A stretch of 61,018 nt of DNA, filler included, from Candidatus Babelota bacterium (GCA_017999075.1; 10 parts of 10 records of this genome joined end to end with filler, not necessarily neighbours in it); one strand, 5' to 3'. Numbered from the whole stretch's first letter, positions 29,345 to 41,220 are shown. A program made the numbers and translations. Notes: a model not told the origin generated them from the sequence alone.

Positions 29345-30361
29345 ATGGCTAATATTTATTATGATAAAGATTGCGATTTAAAATATCTTTCAGGAAAAAA
29401 AGTTGCCATATTAGGTTACGGCAGTCAAGGACACGCTCATGCTCAGAATTTACGCGACAGCGGTATAGATGTAATAGTAGCGGAATATCCAGGCGGAGCA
29501 GCATGGAAAAAAGCGGAACAGGCTGGATTTAAAGTATCTTCTGCTGACGAAGCTGCCAAACTCGGAGATATCATAGTATTCACATTGCCTGACACTATTC
29601 AATCAGGAATTTATGACAAATCAATAAAAGCTAATTTAACTAAAGGAAAAGTTCTTTTATTTGCCCATGGTTTTAATATAAGATACAATCAAATAGTTCC
29701 CCCTGATTTCGTTGATGTTATTATGGTTGCTCCAAAAGGACCGGGTCATCTGGTACGCAGTGAATATATGGAAGGTCGCGGAGTTCCTAATTTAATAGCT
29801 GTAGAGCAGAATGCTTCAGGAAATGCAAAAAATATAGCTATGGCTTATTCTAAAGGGATCGGCGGCAGCCGCGCTGGAATTATAGAAACAACATTTACTG
29901 AAGAAACAGAAACAGATTTGTTTGGAGAACAGGCTATCCTGTGCGGCGGAGTTACCGCTCTTATGGAAGCAGGATTCCAAACTCTTGTTGAAGCAGGATA
30001 CCAGCCTGAAATCGCATATTTTGAATGTATTCATGAAATGAAACTTATTGTTGACCTTATATACGAAGGCGGAATGGAATGGATGTGGTATTCAGTCTCT
30101 GACACAGCAGAATTCGGAGGGTTGACTGTAGGTCCGAAAATTGTTACAGAAGAAACCAAAAAAGCAATGAAAGAAGTTCTAAAACGAATTCAAACCGGTG
30201 AATTTGCTTCTGAATGGTTAAGCGAAACAAGAGTGGGCCAGCCGAAATTCAAATCATTAAGAAATATTTCAAAAAATAACCTTAATGAAAAAGTCGGAGA
30301 AAAACTAAGAAAAATGATGCCTTGGTTATCAAAAAGAAAAACTGAAACAGGCGGCAAATAA
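29345..30361 (+). CDS. ilvC: Ketol-acid reductoisomerase
   Basis: [37 protein letters not shown]. Confidence 0.98.
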   Translation: MANIYYDKDCDLKYLSGKKVAILGYGSQGHAHAQNLRDSGIDVIVAEYPGGAAWKKAEQAGFKVSSADEAAKLGDIIVFTLPDTIQSGIYDKSIKANLTKGKVLLFAHGFNIRYNQIVPPDFVDVIMVAPKGPGHLVRSEYMEGRGVPNLIAVEQNASGNAKNIAMAYSKGIGGSRAGIIETTFTEETETDLFGEQAILCGGVTALMEAGFQTLVEAGYQPEIAYFECIHEMKLIVDLIYEGGMEWMWYSVSDTAEFGGLTVGPKIVTEETKKAMKEVLKRIQTGEFASEWLSETRVGQPKFKSLRNISKNNLNEKVGEKLRKMMPWLSKRKTETGGK

Positions 30362-30427
30362 TTTTTAAAATTATTGCGGGAAACCGGATATTTTTTCATT
30401 ATTATAATTTTAAGGAGATATTTTTAA

Positions 30428-30574
30428 ATGGCTAATATTAAATCTGCAAAAAAAAAAGCTAAACAAGCAATAAAACACAGAATTGCAAATGCTCAGAAAA
30501 AAACAAAATTACGCACGTATGTAAAAAAAATAAAGAATGATACTAATAAAAGCAAAAAAGACGAAACTTTAAAA
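30428..30574 (+). CDS. rpsT: 30S ribosomal protein S20 (3'-truncated)
   Basis: MANIKSAKK...N...K...RTYVKK; AAGGAG RBS. Confidence 0.9.
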
Positions 30575-30674
30575 NNNNNNNNNNNNNNNNNNNNNNNNNN
30601 NNNNNNNNNNNNNNNNNNTTAATTAATTAANNNNNNNNNNNNNNNNNNNNNNNNNNNNNNNNNNNNNNNNNNNN
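30575..30674. other. Artificial contig linker
   Basis: N44-TTAATTAATTAA-N44. Confidence 0.99.
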
Positions 30675-33600
30675 GTGTATGCCGCACCATAAGCTTCAAG
30701 TGCCCAAACTTCCATTTCTCCGAGACGCTGACCGCCGAACTGAGCTTTACCTCCAAGAGGCTGCTGTGTTACAAGAGAATAAGGCCCGATAGATCTTGCA
30801 TGAATTTTTTCATCTGCAAGATGATTCAGTTTCATCATATATATAACACCGACTGTTACCGGATTTTGAAATTTTTCTCCGGTTCTACCATCAAACAAAT
30901 CTACTTTTCCTGATTCAGGAACATCTATTTTCTTCAAATATTTTTTTATTTCTTCTTCATCTGCTCCGTCAAACACAGGGGTTCTGAATTTTATATCAAG
31001 TTTATCTCCGGCCCAGCCAAGATGAGTTTCAAGAATCTGTCCTATATTCATACGTGAAGGAACTCCAAGCGGATTAAGCACTATATCAACAGGGCTTCCG
31101 TCTGCAAGATAAGGCATATCCTCAGAAGGCAAAACCCTCGATATTACACCTTTATTCCCATGTCTGCCTGCAACTTTATCTCCTTCTTTTATTTTTCGTT
31201 TTGTAGCAATATATACTTTCACAAGCTTTTCAACACCTGCAGGGAGTTCATCTTTATTTTCTCTTGAATATACTTTTACATCTATTACTATCCCTTCATT
31301 GCCATGTTTTAATTTTAATGAAGTATCCCTTACATCACGAGCTTTTTCACCGAATATTGATTGGAGAAGTTTCTGTTCAGGAGTTGATTCCATTGTATTT
31401 TTCGGTGTTACTTTTCCTACAAGTATCTCTCCTGCTTTTACTTTTGAACCAATCTTTATTATTCCGTCATCGTCAAGATTGCGTAAACCCTGTTCACTTA
31501 AATTAGGTATATCTCTCGTTATCTGTTCTTTTCCCAATTTAGTGTCTCGCGCATACACTTCAAATTTTTCAATATGCAGCGATGTATAACTGTCATTTTT
31601 AACAAGTTTATCGCTGATCAGAACCGCATCTTCAAAATTAAGTCCTTCCCATGGCATAAAAGCAACAGTTACATTTGATCCTAATGCCAATTCGCCGCTT
31701 TCCACAGCAGGACCATCAGCTATAACTTCACCGGCATTAACTTTATCTCCAGGCAATACTATAGGCTTTTGATTAATAGTAGTACACTGATTTGAACGTT
31801 TAAATTTTAATAATTCATATCTATCAATAATTTTTTCTCCAGCCTTATGCACTTCTCCGGTTATATAATTAATTTCATCTTTTGTATAAACTTTTCCAGT
31901 ATTGATTTCAATATAATTTGAACATACTTCCGTTACCGTTCCTCCATGTTCCGCAGTAACAGCAACCCGGCTGTCTTTAGCTATTGTTTCTTCCATTCCA
32001 GTACCTACTACAGGAGATTTAGGAAACATCAGAGGCACTGCCTGACGTTGCATGTTAGAACCCATCAAAGCACGGTTTGCATCATCGTGTTCAAGAAAAG
32101 GAATTAATGCAGTAGTAGCGCTGACCAATTGTTTAGGAGAAATATCCATATACTGAACCTGGGTAGGTTCCACCATCAAAAAATCATCTTTATATCTTAC
32201 ACTTACCTGAGGTCCAACAAGCTTATTTTTTCCGTCTATTTCAGCATTCGCCTGAGCTACATAATAATTATCTTCTTCAAGAGCATCCATATAAATGATT
32301 TGTTCTGTAACAACTCCATTATTAACTTTCAAATACGGAGTTTCAATAAATCCTAAATCATTAATTTTAGCATATGTTGCAAGCGAAACTATTAACCCTA
32401 TATTCGGTCCTTCAGGAGTTTCTATAGGACATACGCGTCCATAATGAGTATGATGGACATCTCTTACTTCAAATCCGGCTCTGTCTCTCGACAACCCGCC
32501 AGGACCTAAAGCAGATAATCTTCGTTTATGGGTCATTTCAGAAATCGGATTTGTCTGATCCATAAACTGTGATAACTGAGACGAACCGAAAAATTCTTTA
32601 ATTATAGCTGTAACCGGTTTAACGTTTATCAAAGTACGCGGAGTCAAATCTTCAAGTTCATTCAAACTTGGAGACGATAATCTTTCTTGAACTGATTTTT
32701 CAAGACGGATCATTCCTTTTCTGAATTCATTCCTTAATAATTCTCCCACGCATCTGACACGCCTGTTTCCAAGGTGATCTATGTCATCAAGGTGGTATCC
32801 GTCTCTACCTTCTTTCAAAGCACACATATATTTCAAAAGATTTATTATGTCCTCAATTGTCAAATTAACTTCAATCTGAGATTTTGTTTGATTAAATTTT
32901 CTATTAATTTTATATCTTCCTGTTTCGCTTAAATCATACTTTCTCGGATTGAAATAAATATCACGGACATATTCTTTAGCTTTTTCATAAGGTATTTTCA
33001 TATTGCCGCCGCGAATTAATGGCAACAATTTTTTTAGAGCTTCCTGATCATTTGAAGTAGTATCGACATTTAATGTATTCAATACATATTTAGAAAAATC
33101 AGCATCGTCAACATCAATAATTTTTATTTTTTTTAAACCGTTTTTCTGAAGCTGATCTATTGTTTCTAAAGACAGAACTGCCCCTGCTTCGCATATATAC
33201 TCGCCTGTTTCTTCATATATTACGTCTTCAAAAGATATGGAATTTTCAAGTTTATTGCTAATTTCCATTTCTTTAAATTTATAAAAAGCAGATAGTATTT
33301 CCTGATTAGACGATACTCCAAGTGCCCGTAAAAACATTGTTACTGGTATTTTTTTCTTTTTATCAGGACGCACACTTAACAAATTTTTTGTATCAAGTTC
33401 AAATTGAAGCCATGTCCCGTGATATGGAATTATTTTTCCGACTATTATATCTTTTTTGTCGTCAAACTCAAAAAATATCCCAGGAGATCTATGAAATTGA
33501 CTAACTATAGTACGTTCCGCACCATTAAAAATAAATGTACCGCGTTTAGTCATATACGGCAGATCGCCTATATATACTTTATCCTGAATTATCTTTTCTA

Positions 33601-33931
33601 ATTTATCATTTTTATCATAAGTCAATAATCTTATTGATAAATATATTGGAACAGCAAAACTAGCATCCCTGTCTATACATTCCTGCTCGTCATACTGGTA
33701 TTTACCTATTTCATATCCTGTATAATCAATTTTGATTTTTTTTTCATTTGTTTTAATCTCTATTGGAAAAACCTCTCTAAACACTGATTCCAATCCTGCG
33801 TTTTTCCGTTTTGATGGTTCAACTCTTGTCTGTAAAAACCATTCGTATGATTTTTTCTGTATTTCAAGTAAATCCGGCAATTCAAGAGTTTCTTTAATTT
33901 TTGCAAAATTTATAATATTGCTTTTTTTCAT
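30675..33931 (-). CDS. rpoB: RNA polymerase beta subunit (3'-truncated)
   Basis: [54 protein letters not shown]. Confidence 0.99.
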
Positions 33932-34114
33932 AACTGATTTGTTTCCTCCCCGCCTATTTATACTTTACTAACAAAGCGCCTCAGATAAAATAATGTTCCG
34001 GTTCATATTTTTGTTTGATTTTCAACTAATAATTAATAACACAACCGCAATTTTCTGAAAATTATTATTATTTTCATTACAAATATATCAAAATGCTATA
34101 CCGGCACACTTATA

Positions 34115-34162
34115 AAAAAAAAATAAAAAACAACGGTTTTTTACTGATAAAAAAACCGTTGT
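34115..34162 (-). terminator. Intrinsic terminator between rplL and rpoB
   Basis: Stem ACAACGGTTTTTT/AAAAAACCGTTGT with a long U-tract on the - strand. Confidence 0.75.
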
Positions 34163-34191
34163 CCTTATTTTTCAAAAAAAACTTAAAATAC

Positions 34192-34575
34192 TTATTTAAG
34201 TTCTACTTTAGCGCCGGCGGCTACTAATTTTTGTTTAATTTCTTCAGCTTCAGCTTTAGAAACAGCTTCTTTTACAGGTTTTGGAGGATTGTCAGCTAAA
34301 TCTTTAGCTTCTTTAAGTCCTAATCCGGTAATCGCTCTAATTTCTTTAATAACTCCTATTTTCTGAGCGCCAGCATCAACCAATATAACATCAAATTCTG
34401 TTTTTTCTTCTTCAGCCGGAGCTGCTGCTGCTGCTGCACCCGCTACTGCCACTGCAGCTACAGGAGCTGCCGCACTTACTCCGAATTTGTCTTCAAGAGC
34501 TTTTACAAGTTCAGATAATTCCAAAACTGTCATCGTTTCAATTGCTTTTATAATGTCTTCTTTTGATAATGACAT
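34192..34575 (-). CDS. rplL: 50S ribosomal protein L7/L12
   Basis: [35 protein letters not shown] 34575. Confidence 0.98.
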   Translation of the reverse strand: MSLSKEDIIKAIETMTVLELSELVKALEDKFGVSAAAPVAAVAVAGAAAAAAPAEEEKTEFDVILVDAGAQKIGVIKEIRAITGLGLKEAKDLADNPPKPVKEAVSKAEAEEIKQKLVAAGAKVELK

Positions 34576-34598
34576 TTTACACACCTCACCTTAAAACT

Positions 34599-35117
34599 TT
34601 ATTTTGTTTTTTGTTCTTTTACTGCGTTTATCGCATACATAAGCTGTCTGATAGTTCCTGCAAGAACATTAACAAATCCTCCTATAGGAGCATTCATTGT
34701 TCTCAACAATTGTGACAGCATAACTTCTTTGGACGGCAATTTAGCAAGTTGAGCAATCTGATCACTGCTCAACAATTTACCGCTCAATACTCCGCCTTTA
34801 ATTTCAAACTGTTTGTTGGCAGTCGCAAAATCATTTAATACCTTAGCGGTTAATGCCGGATCTTTATAAGACAATATAAATGCATTTTCTCCTTTAAGCA
34901 AAGAAGTTAGTGATTCATATTCAGTGTCTTTTATTGCAAACCGCATAAGAGTATTCTTGGTAACAAACAATTCACTGTCATTCTTTTTAAAATTGCGTCT
35001 GAGCTCTGTCATAGCTATGCTATTCAATCCGCTCAGATTAGCTACCATAATACAATCAGATTTCGACACACGCTGCCTTACTTTTTCGGCAACCTGCGAT
35101 TTTTGTGGATTTCTCAT
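34599..35117 (-). CDS. rplJ: 50S ribosomal protein L10
   Basis: ELRR, VTKNTL, LAKLPSKE; position in operon; ATG 35117 follows GAGGTG. Confidence 0.96.
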   Translation of the reverse strand: MRNPQKSQVAEKVRQRVSKSDCIMVANLSGLNSIAMTELRRNFKKNDSELFVTKNTLMRFAIKDTEYESLTSLLKGENAFILSYKDPALTAKVLNDFATANKQFEIKGGVLSGKLLSSDQIAQLAKLPSKEVMLSQLLRTMNAPIGGFVNVLAGTIRQLMYAINAVKEQKTK

Positions 35118-35319
35118 TTTCCACACCTCATTTTTTTTCGATTCAACATTTTAAACATAAATTTTTATATATATAATACACAGATTTGCATCTTAACCTG
35201 CATGTTAAATATATAAATTAAATGCCCAGACATTTAACCTTATAAAAACTCATCGCATAAACGCGATTGTTATAAGGATTTTTGTTGTTTCATATTTTTT
35301 TCATTACATGAGAACATAA

Positions 35320-36033
35320 TCAACCCGCAAGTTCCATCCATACTCCGTTAATATCCATAAGTATTGATGGTCCATGGGTCGGATGAAGAGCCATTGTTTT
35401 CATATACAATGTTTTTGTTCCAATATGAGCCGGTTTTACTTTTATTAAAGCTTTTATAACTGCAGACAAATTATCTTTTAATTTTTCTGCGCCAAAATCA
35501 GCTTTACCTATTATAGTTCTGACTATACCGAATTTATCGGTTTTCAATTCAACCTGACCGGCTTTCATTTTTTGAACTGCGTCTTTTATATTAAAAGTTA
35601 CAGTTCCTAATTTCGGGTTCGGCATTAATCCTCTTGGTCCAAGTATCTTTCCTAATTTACTAGCGAATTTCATAGCGTCCGGAGTAGCTATAACTGCGTC
35701 AAAATCCAACCAACCTTTCATAATCTTGTCAACTAAATCTTCTGCACCGACAAATTCAGCGCCTGCATCCTGCGCTTCTTTAACTTTGTCTCCGGATGCC
35801 AATACAAGCACTCTTACTTTTTTTCCTGTGCCTTGAGGAAGCACTATTGTAGTACGTACCTGTTCTTCGGCTTTTTTAGGATCAACACTTAGTTTTACGG
35901 TTAAATTAATTGTTTCATTGTATTTGGCAGTAGCCAAATCTTTTATAAGCTTAACCGCATCGTCAAGTGAATAAAAAGCGTCTTTTTTATACTTGGTTAC
36001 AAGTTCCTTATAACGCTTGCTTCTTTTTATCAT
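35320..36033 (-). CDS. rplA: 50S ribosomal protein L1
   Basis: LPQGTGKKVRV, DFDAVIATPD, LGPRGLMPNPKLGTV. Confidence 0.98.
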   Translation of the reverse strand: MIKRSKRYKELVTKYKKDAFYSLDDAVKLIKDLATAKYNETINLTVKLSVDPKKAEEQVRTTIVLPQGTGKKVRVLVLASGDKVKEAQDAGAEFVGAEDLVDKIMKGWLDFDAVIATPDAMKFASKLGKILGPRGLMPNPKLGTVTFNIKDAVQKMKAGQVELKTDKFGIVRTIIGKADFGAEKLKDNLSAVIKALIKVKPAHIGTKTLYMKTMALHPTHGPSILMDINGVWMELAG

Positions 36034-36062
36034 TGAATTTCACTCTCCTAAGTGTAAAATAA

Positions 36063-36491
36063 TTATTCGATTTCCACGCCCATATTACGGGCAGTTCCAG
36101 CTATTGTGTTCATAGCCGCTTCAACTGAATTAGCATTCAAATCCGGCATTTTCAATCCCGCGATTTCTTTCAATTGCGCTTTTGACAGTTTCCCTACTTT
36201 CTGTTTATTTGGTATAGGTGACCCTTTTTCAAGTTTTAATGCTTTCTTTATTAACACACTCGCAGGCGGAGTTTTCAATATAAAATCAAAACTCTTATCC
36301 TGGTATACTGTCAATATTACAGGAGTTAATATACCTTTTTCAAGTTTTTGGGTTTTCGCATTAAACTGTTTGCAAAACTCCATAATGTTTACCCCGTGCT
36401 GTCCCAATGACGGACCTACCGGAGGAGCTGGAGTTGCACCGCCTGCCGGACATTGAAGTTTTACTATCGCTGTTACTTTTTTCTTTGCCAA
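36063..36491 (-). CDS. rplK: 50S ribosomal protein L11
   Basis: [29 protein letters not shown]. Confidence 0.98.
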   Translation of the reverse strand: MAKKKVTAIVKLQCPAGGATPAPPVGPSLGQHGVNIMEFCKQFNAKTQKLEKGILTPVILTVYQDKSFDFILKTPPASVLIKKALKLEKGSPIPNKQKVGKLSKAQLKEIAGLKMPDLNANSVEAAMNTIAGTARNMGVEIE

Positions 36492-36521
36492 TTTATTTTA
36501 CCCCCATTTTTTTTTATAATT

Positions 36522-36700
36522 TTATTTTTGATGTTGTTTTTCAACTTGATCAAAATTCAATTCTACAGATGTTTTTCTTCCGAATATATCTACCATTATC
36601 TTCAATTTTGCCTTATCAATATCTACTTCATCAACTGTTCCAACAAAATCTGAAAAAGGCCCGGTCATAATAGAAACTGAATCGCCGATATCGTACATAG
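36522..36700 (-). CDS. nusG: Transcription antitermination factor NusG, C-terminal KOW domain (5'-truncated)
   Basis: GDSVSIMTGPFSDFVGTV...VDIFGRKTSVELNFDQVEK, directly upstream of rplK. Confidence 0.95.
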
Positions 36701-36800
36701 NNNNNNNNNNNNNNNNNNNNNNNNNNNNNNNNNNNNNNNNNNNNTTAATTAATTAANNNNNNNNNNNNNNNNNNNNNNNNNNNNNNNNNNNNNNNNNNNN
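36701..36800. other. Artificial contig linker
   Basis: N44-TTAATTAATTAA-N44. Confidence 0.99.
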
Positions 36801-36801
36801 A

Positions 36802-37416
36802 AGGGAAAACCGGCATAAAATTGATTTTGCCCAGACAATGTCTGATAGTCAGTTTATAATGGTTTTAGAAAAAACTATTAAAACGATTGCACCTAAAGTT
36901 GAACCTGTTTCTGCTAAACCTGTATTAAAAGAACAACCTTCTGAAAAAAGTTATTCGAAAAAATCTAAATCCTCTAAACCTGCAAAAAAGAAAAGTTTGA
37001 AATCCAAGAAAAAACAGAAAGTATCAAAAAAGCAGAAAAAGTCGGGAAAACCTGAAGTTATTCAAAATATTGAACCTGTAAAACCGCGTGATTTAAAAAA
37101 TATTCTTGATGATAGCATTGAATCAAGAGTTAAAACTCGAGAATTAAATGCTAATGAAATTAAAAATTCTTCTGCGGTTAAAAAATCTTCTGATGAAAAT
37201 CAGTTTGATGAAAAAATCAAAACATTGCAGTCTAAAATTTCAAATTTAAAAACACAATTGAATACAACTTCCAGTGAAATTGACAGTTTGAAAAATTTAA
37301 AAAAAGATAACCGGTCAGGGAAAGATGAAACTAAATCTGTTTCAGATGATAAAAAAACAAGAGAAGAACTGCGTAAACTTGAACTTGAAAAAATTAAATC
37401 TATAGGCGTAGAATAA
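36802..37416 (+). CDS. Hypothetical Lys-rich/coiled-coil protein, C-terminal part
   Basis: Frame is open from the contig edge; low-complexity K/S tract then coiled coil. Confidence 0.65.
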   Translation, partial: RENRHKIDFAQTMSDSQFIMVLEKTIKTIAPKVEPVSAKPVLKEQPSEKSYSKKSKSSKPAKKKSLKSKKKQKVSKKQKKSGKPEVIQNIEPVKPRDLKNILDDSIESRVKTRELNANEIKNSSAVKKSSDENQFDEKIKTLQSKISNLKTQLNTTSSEIDSLKNLKKDNRSGKDETKSVSDDKKTREELRKLELEKIKSIGVE

Positions 37417-37447
37417 TTTTATTGAATTTACTTCAGGTGAATGATTT

Positions 37448-38626
37448 ATGAATATAAAAAACAACCAATCCCTGTTTAACTCCGGACAGGACGATAAGAA
37501 AGTATATATACTTGCTAAAGGCGAAGTAAAACTTTTTTTAAAATCGAGTTTGACTGACAATGAATACCCGTTATTTTCAGTTAAAGATGCAGGCGCAATT
37601 TTTGGAATTGTTGAAAATGTTTTAAATATAAAACGGATACTTACTGTTAAATCAGTTTCTGACGAAACAGATGTTAACGTAATTGATTTAGCAGGGAAAA
37701 ATCTTACTGTAACAGTTCAGAGTAATCCGAAACTCGGTTTGCAATTTGCAATAAATCTTGCCTTGCGTTTGAAAAATACAAATAATCAATTAACATCTCT
37801 TTCTAAAATTTTGAATGATATAAGAACTAACACTAATAATTTATGCATTCAGTATTATGACATATGCGAGGAAATAAATCAGCTTAACGGTAAGTATCAG
37901 TTTCCTTGGTTGAAAGCTATTTATGAACAGGCAAAAATTAATTTAATATATAAATACGGGAGTTCAGCAAAAGCAGGTAAAGACGTTCTTGAAGAAATGG
38001 TTGAAGCACGAAAAAATGTAGTAGGTTCTGTAGAAAAAGAAAATCTGGAAACTTCCGGCGCTAAAATTTATAAACCAGGCGATGTAGTCTGCACTGAAGG
38101 AGATATAGGAAAAGAAATGTTTATCTTGCTTGACGGCGAGCTGAGCGTTTATGTAAATAATAATAAAGTGGCGGAAATTACTAAAAAAGGAGAAATCCTT
38201 GGGGAAATAGCGGTTCTATTAGGTTTGAAAACAAAATCTTTTGAAAAAAGAACTGCTACAGTTAAAGTTAAGAAAGAAGCCAAAATATTGAGTATACCGT
38301 TTGATAAGATTTTTGAAGTAATAAACAGAGATCCGAAGGTTATTGTGCATATTATGAAAACATTATCTGAACGTACTCCTGAATCGTATAATAAACTTAC
38401 GGAAACATACGAAAAAATGGATAAAGCTATTAATCTTATGAATCCTTCTGCTTCAACATCTGCTACTTGTCCGAAAGCGTTTCAGCAGATGATAACACTA
38501 ATTAATCAGAAGGCTAATGATAAAGATAAGGTGGATGCAATACTTAAAAAACTGGATAAACTGATAGATGATGCCAAAAAAGATTATAACAAATATTCGG
38601 AAATTTATGATAATTTGATTAAATAA
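37448..38626 (+). CDS. Tandem cyclic-nucleotide-binding-domain protein
   Basis: Two cNMP-like domains (VYILAKGEV...GAIFG; EGDIGKEMFILLDG...GEILGE...RTAT), each followed by helical segments; no HTH seen. Confidence 0.85.
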   Translation: MNIKNNQSLFNSGQDDKKVYILAKGEVKLFLKSSLTDNEYPLFSVKDAGAIFGIVENVLNIKRILTVKSVSDETDVNVIDLAGKNLTVTVQSNPKLGLQFAINLALRLKNTNNQLTSLSKILNDIRTNTNNLCIQYYDICEEINQLNGKYQFPWLKAIYEQAKINLIYKYGSSAKAGKDVLEEMVEARKNVVGSVEKENLETSGAKIYKPGDVVCTEGDIGKEMFILLDGELSVYVNNNKVAEITKKGEILGEIAVLLGLKTKSFEKRTATVKVKKEAKILSIPFDKIFEVINRDPKVIVHIMKTLSERTPESYNKLTETYEKMDKAINLMNPSASTSATCPKAFQQMITLINQKANDKDKVDAILKKLDKLIDDAKKDYNKYSEIYDNLIK

Positions 38627-38658
38627 AAATTTTATTTATATGTGAATGGGTTGAATTT

Positions 38659-41220
38659 ATGGTATTTGAAATTAATAAAAAAAAAGTATTTTTTTTTACA
38701 ACATTTTTTTTTATTTTTTATTTAATTCCTGGGAATTCTTTTCCACCTCCAGATCCAAAAATTGCCGGTGATCCAGAAATCATTAAATTATTTAATAATC
38801 ATTTAAGCTATAAAAATGAAACTAGAAAAACTGTAAGTAAATCTCCGGCGTATCGTTCATATCAGTATCCGTCAGCTTTAGGAACGCATAAAATATGTGT
38901 TATTCTTTTACAATTTACTAATAAATCTTTTCCGTCGCAGTATAATAAAACTTATTATGACAATGTGATTTTTAATACATCGTCAAACAGTTTATCGAAT
39001 TATTATAAAGAATGCTCTTACAATAAATTTAATTTGTCTGGTTCAGCGGCTGATATATATGGACCATTCACGAGTTCCAGAACAATGGAATACTATGGTT
39101 CGGATGGAAGTGATATTGATAACAGGTATGCTTCTATAAATTCAATGATTCAGGAAGTTGTAGAACTTGCTGAATCCAGTGTTAATTTTAGCAATTACGA
39201 TTCCAACGGAGATGGAAAAGTAGATCATTTAATAGTTATTCATGCCGGAGGAAACCAGGCTGTTTCAAAAGTTTCAAATGATATTTGGTCGCATAACTGG
39301 TTTATAAACGGATTTCTTGAATCGGCCTATCAGACAGATGACGGAGTTGATATTGTAACATATTCTACTTTTGAAGAAGATGCATCTTTAGGTATGATGG
39401 CGCATGAATTCGGTCATGATTTGGGGCTTCCTGATTTATATAATACACATACTGGAAATTCGGTTGTCGGGAAATGGTGTTTAATGGATTACGGGTTGTA
39501 TAATGGTATAAATTCAGATGGCAGATCTCCTGCTCATCCTTCGGTTTATAATAAAATATTATTAAATTGGATTACTCCTGTTTCAATAGTTTCTTCAGCG
39601 GCAAATTATAATTTGAATAATATAGAAGAATATGACGCGGCAATTAAAATTCCGCATCCTTCATCATCGAATTCATCTCAGGAATATTATTTAATTTCCA
39701 ACCGTCAGAAAAACGGGTATGATTCTTATTTGCCTGGATCTGGAATTCTGGTATGGCATATAAATGATTCAATTGGGACGTTAACTGAAAATAATATTAA
39801 TAATTTTTCTCAACAGCGTGTAAAGATTGTTCCACAGGATAATACAGAACCGTCGTGGAATTATGGAGATTCAACTGATCCATGGAAAAATAATCTGACA
39901 GGATTAACATCGTCTTCAGTTCCGAATAATGCCGCGCATAATGGTCAAACGTCATCTACTCCTATAATATCAAATATAGGAAGTTCGGGAGATGTAATGA
40001 CTTTAAATTTTTTATCAGGGTATCAGATTTCTGAAAATATTAATATTAGTTCTGTCAAATATAATTCTGGCGGCTGTACTGTTGAGTGGTCAATCAATCC
40101 GGATTTTTCTGAAATTTCCAATATATCTTACTATAAACTTGAATTATATACCGGATTATCATCTTCAATTTCAGATACTGTAATAACAACTTTTAATCCT
40201 TACTTGAATTTTCAGATGAACAGCCCTGTTTCGTCTATCAGAATTTTTGCGTATAATTCAGGGAATATGCTTATAACCCAATCAAAACTTTACCTTCTTT
40301 CAGATACTACTGTTTTAATAACTGATAATTTGATTTATGGTTCTTCAAATATTACGGTTATTTCAAATGATACAGTAGAAATAACGGCACTGACTGATTA
40401 TTCAGGGATACAGAAAAATTATATATTGTTAAATAAATCATCCGATACTTTTACCAAATTTCTTATTAATTCAGGAATAGATTTGAATTTTAATATTAAT
40501 TCTTTATCTAAAAAATTTTATATAAATTTACCTTTAATTCAAAAATGCAATGTCGTTTATTCAAAACCTGATAATAACGATCCTGTTGTTTCAGCATTGT
40601 TGCTGAATCAGGATTTTGAACCTAATTCTCTCATAAAATTAAATATTACAGATGAAACCAATTCTATTATAACTTCTGATTTTTCATCTTATTTTCAGGA
40701 TATTACTTTTATATGGCAAGATACTTCTGTTCAGGATATAACCAACTATTCATTGATGTACTATAATGAATCAACTGGAATGTGGGAAGTCGCGTTGTCT
40801 TCAATTGAATATGATAATAATTCAAAGATAATAAAAGGAACCATAAATCATTTAACAATGTTTGCGATAAAAAAAGTAGGAAGTTCATTGCAGAAAGCAG
40901 AAGTTTTTCCTAATCCGCATACTCCTGTCAACAATGGTAAAATTAAATTTTTTTATAAAGACAGCAGCGACACGGGTTTTGATTTTCCAATAAATACAAG
41001 TTTGAAAATTTATAACATTTCAGGTGAACTAATAACGGAAATTTATAAAACCACAGATGCAGGAACAGGAGACCCTTACGATAATATTAAAAATCAGTCT
41101 TTGCTGAATTGGGATTTGAAAAATTCGTCTAATTCGCCTGTATCATCAGGGGTTTATTTGTATGTTATTGAAACTCCGTCAGGTAAAAAATTTACTGGCA
41201 AATGTGCTGTAGTAAGATGA
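38659..41220 (+). CDS. Secreted M6 family (immune inhibitor A-like) metalloprotease with C-terminal FlgD-Ig/T9SS-like domain
   Basis: YDSNGDGKVD, IWSH, HEFGHDLGLPDLY, WCLM, GILVWHI; C-terminus VFPNP...IYNISGELI...WD...SGVYLY. Confidence 0.92.
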   Translation: MVFEINKKKVFFFTTFFFIFYLIPGNSFPPPDPKIAGDPEIIKLFNNHLSYKNETRKTVSKSPAYRSYQYPSALGTHKICVILLQFTNKSFPSQYNKTYYDNVIFNTSSNSLSNYYKECSYNKFNLSGSAADIYGPFTSSRTMEYYGSDGSDIDNRYASINSMIQEVVELAESSVNFSNYDSNGDGKVDHLIVIHAGGNQAVSKVSNDIWSHNWFINGFLESAYQTDDGVDIVTYSTFEEDASLGMMAHEFGHDLGLPDLYNTHTGNSVVGKWCLMDYGLYNGINSDGRSPAHPSVYNKILLNWITPVSIVSSAANYNLNNIEEYDAAIKIPHPSSSNSSQEYYLISNRQKNGYDSYLPGSGILVWHINDSIGTLTENNINNFSQQRVKIVPQDNTEPSWNYGDSTDPWKNNLTGLTSSSVPNNAAHNGQTSSTPIISNIGSSGDVMTLNFLSGYQISENINISSVKYNSGGCTVEWSINPDFSEISNISYYKLELYTGLSSSISDTVITTFNPYLNFQMNSPVSSIRIFAYNSGNMLITQSKLYLLSDTTVLITDNLIYGSSNITVISNDTVEITALTDYSGIQKNYILLNKSSDTFTKFLINSGIDLNFNINSLSKKFYINLPLIQKCNVVYSKPDNNDPVVSALLLNQDFEPNSLIKLNITDETNSIITSDFSSYFQDITFIWQDTSVQDITNYSLMYYNESTGMWEVALSSIEYDNNSKIIKGTINHLTMFAIKKVGSSLQKAEVFPNPHTPVNNGKIKFFYKDSSDTGFDFPINTSLKIYNISGELITEIYKTTDAGTGDPYDNIKNQSLLNWDLKNSSNSPVSSGVYLYVIETPSGKKFTGKCAVVR

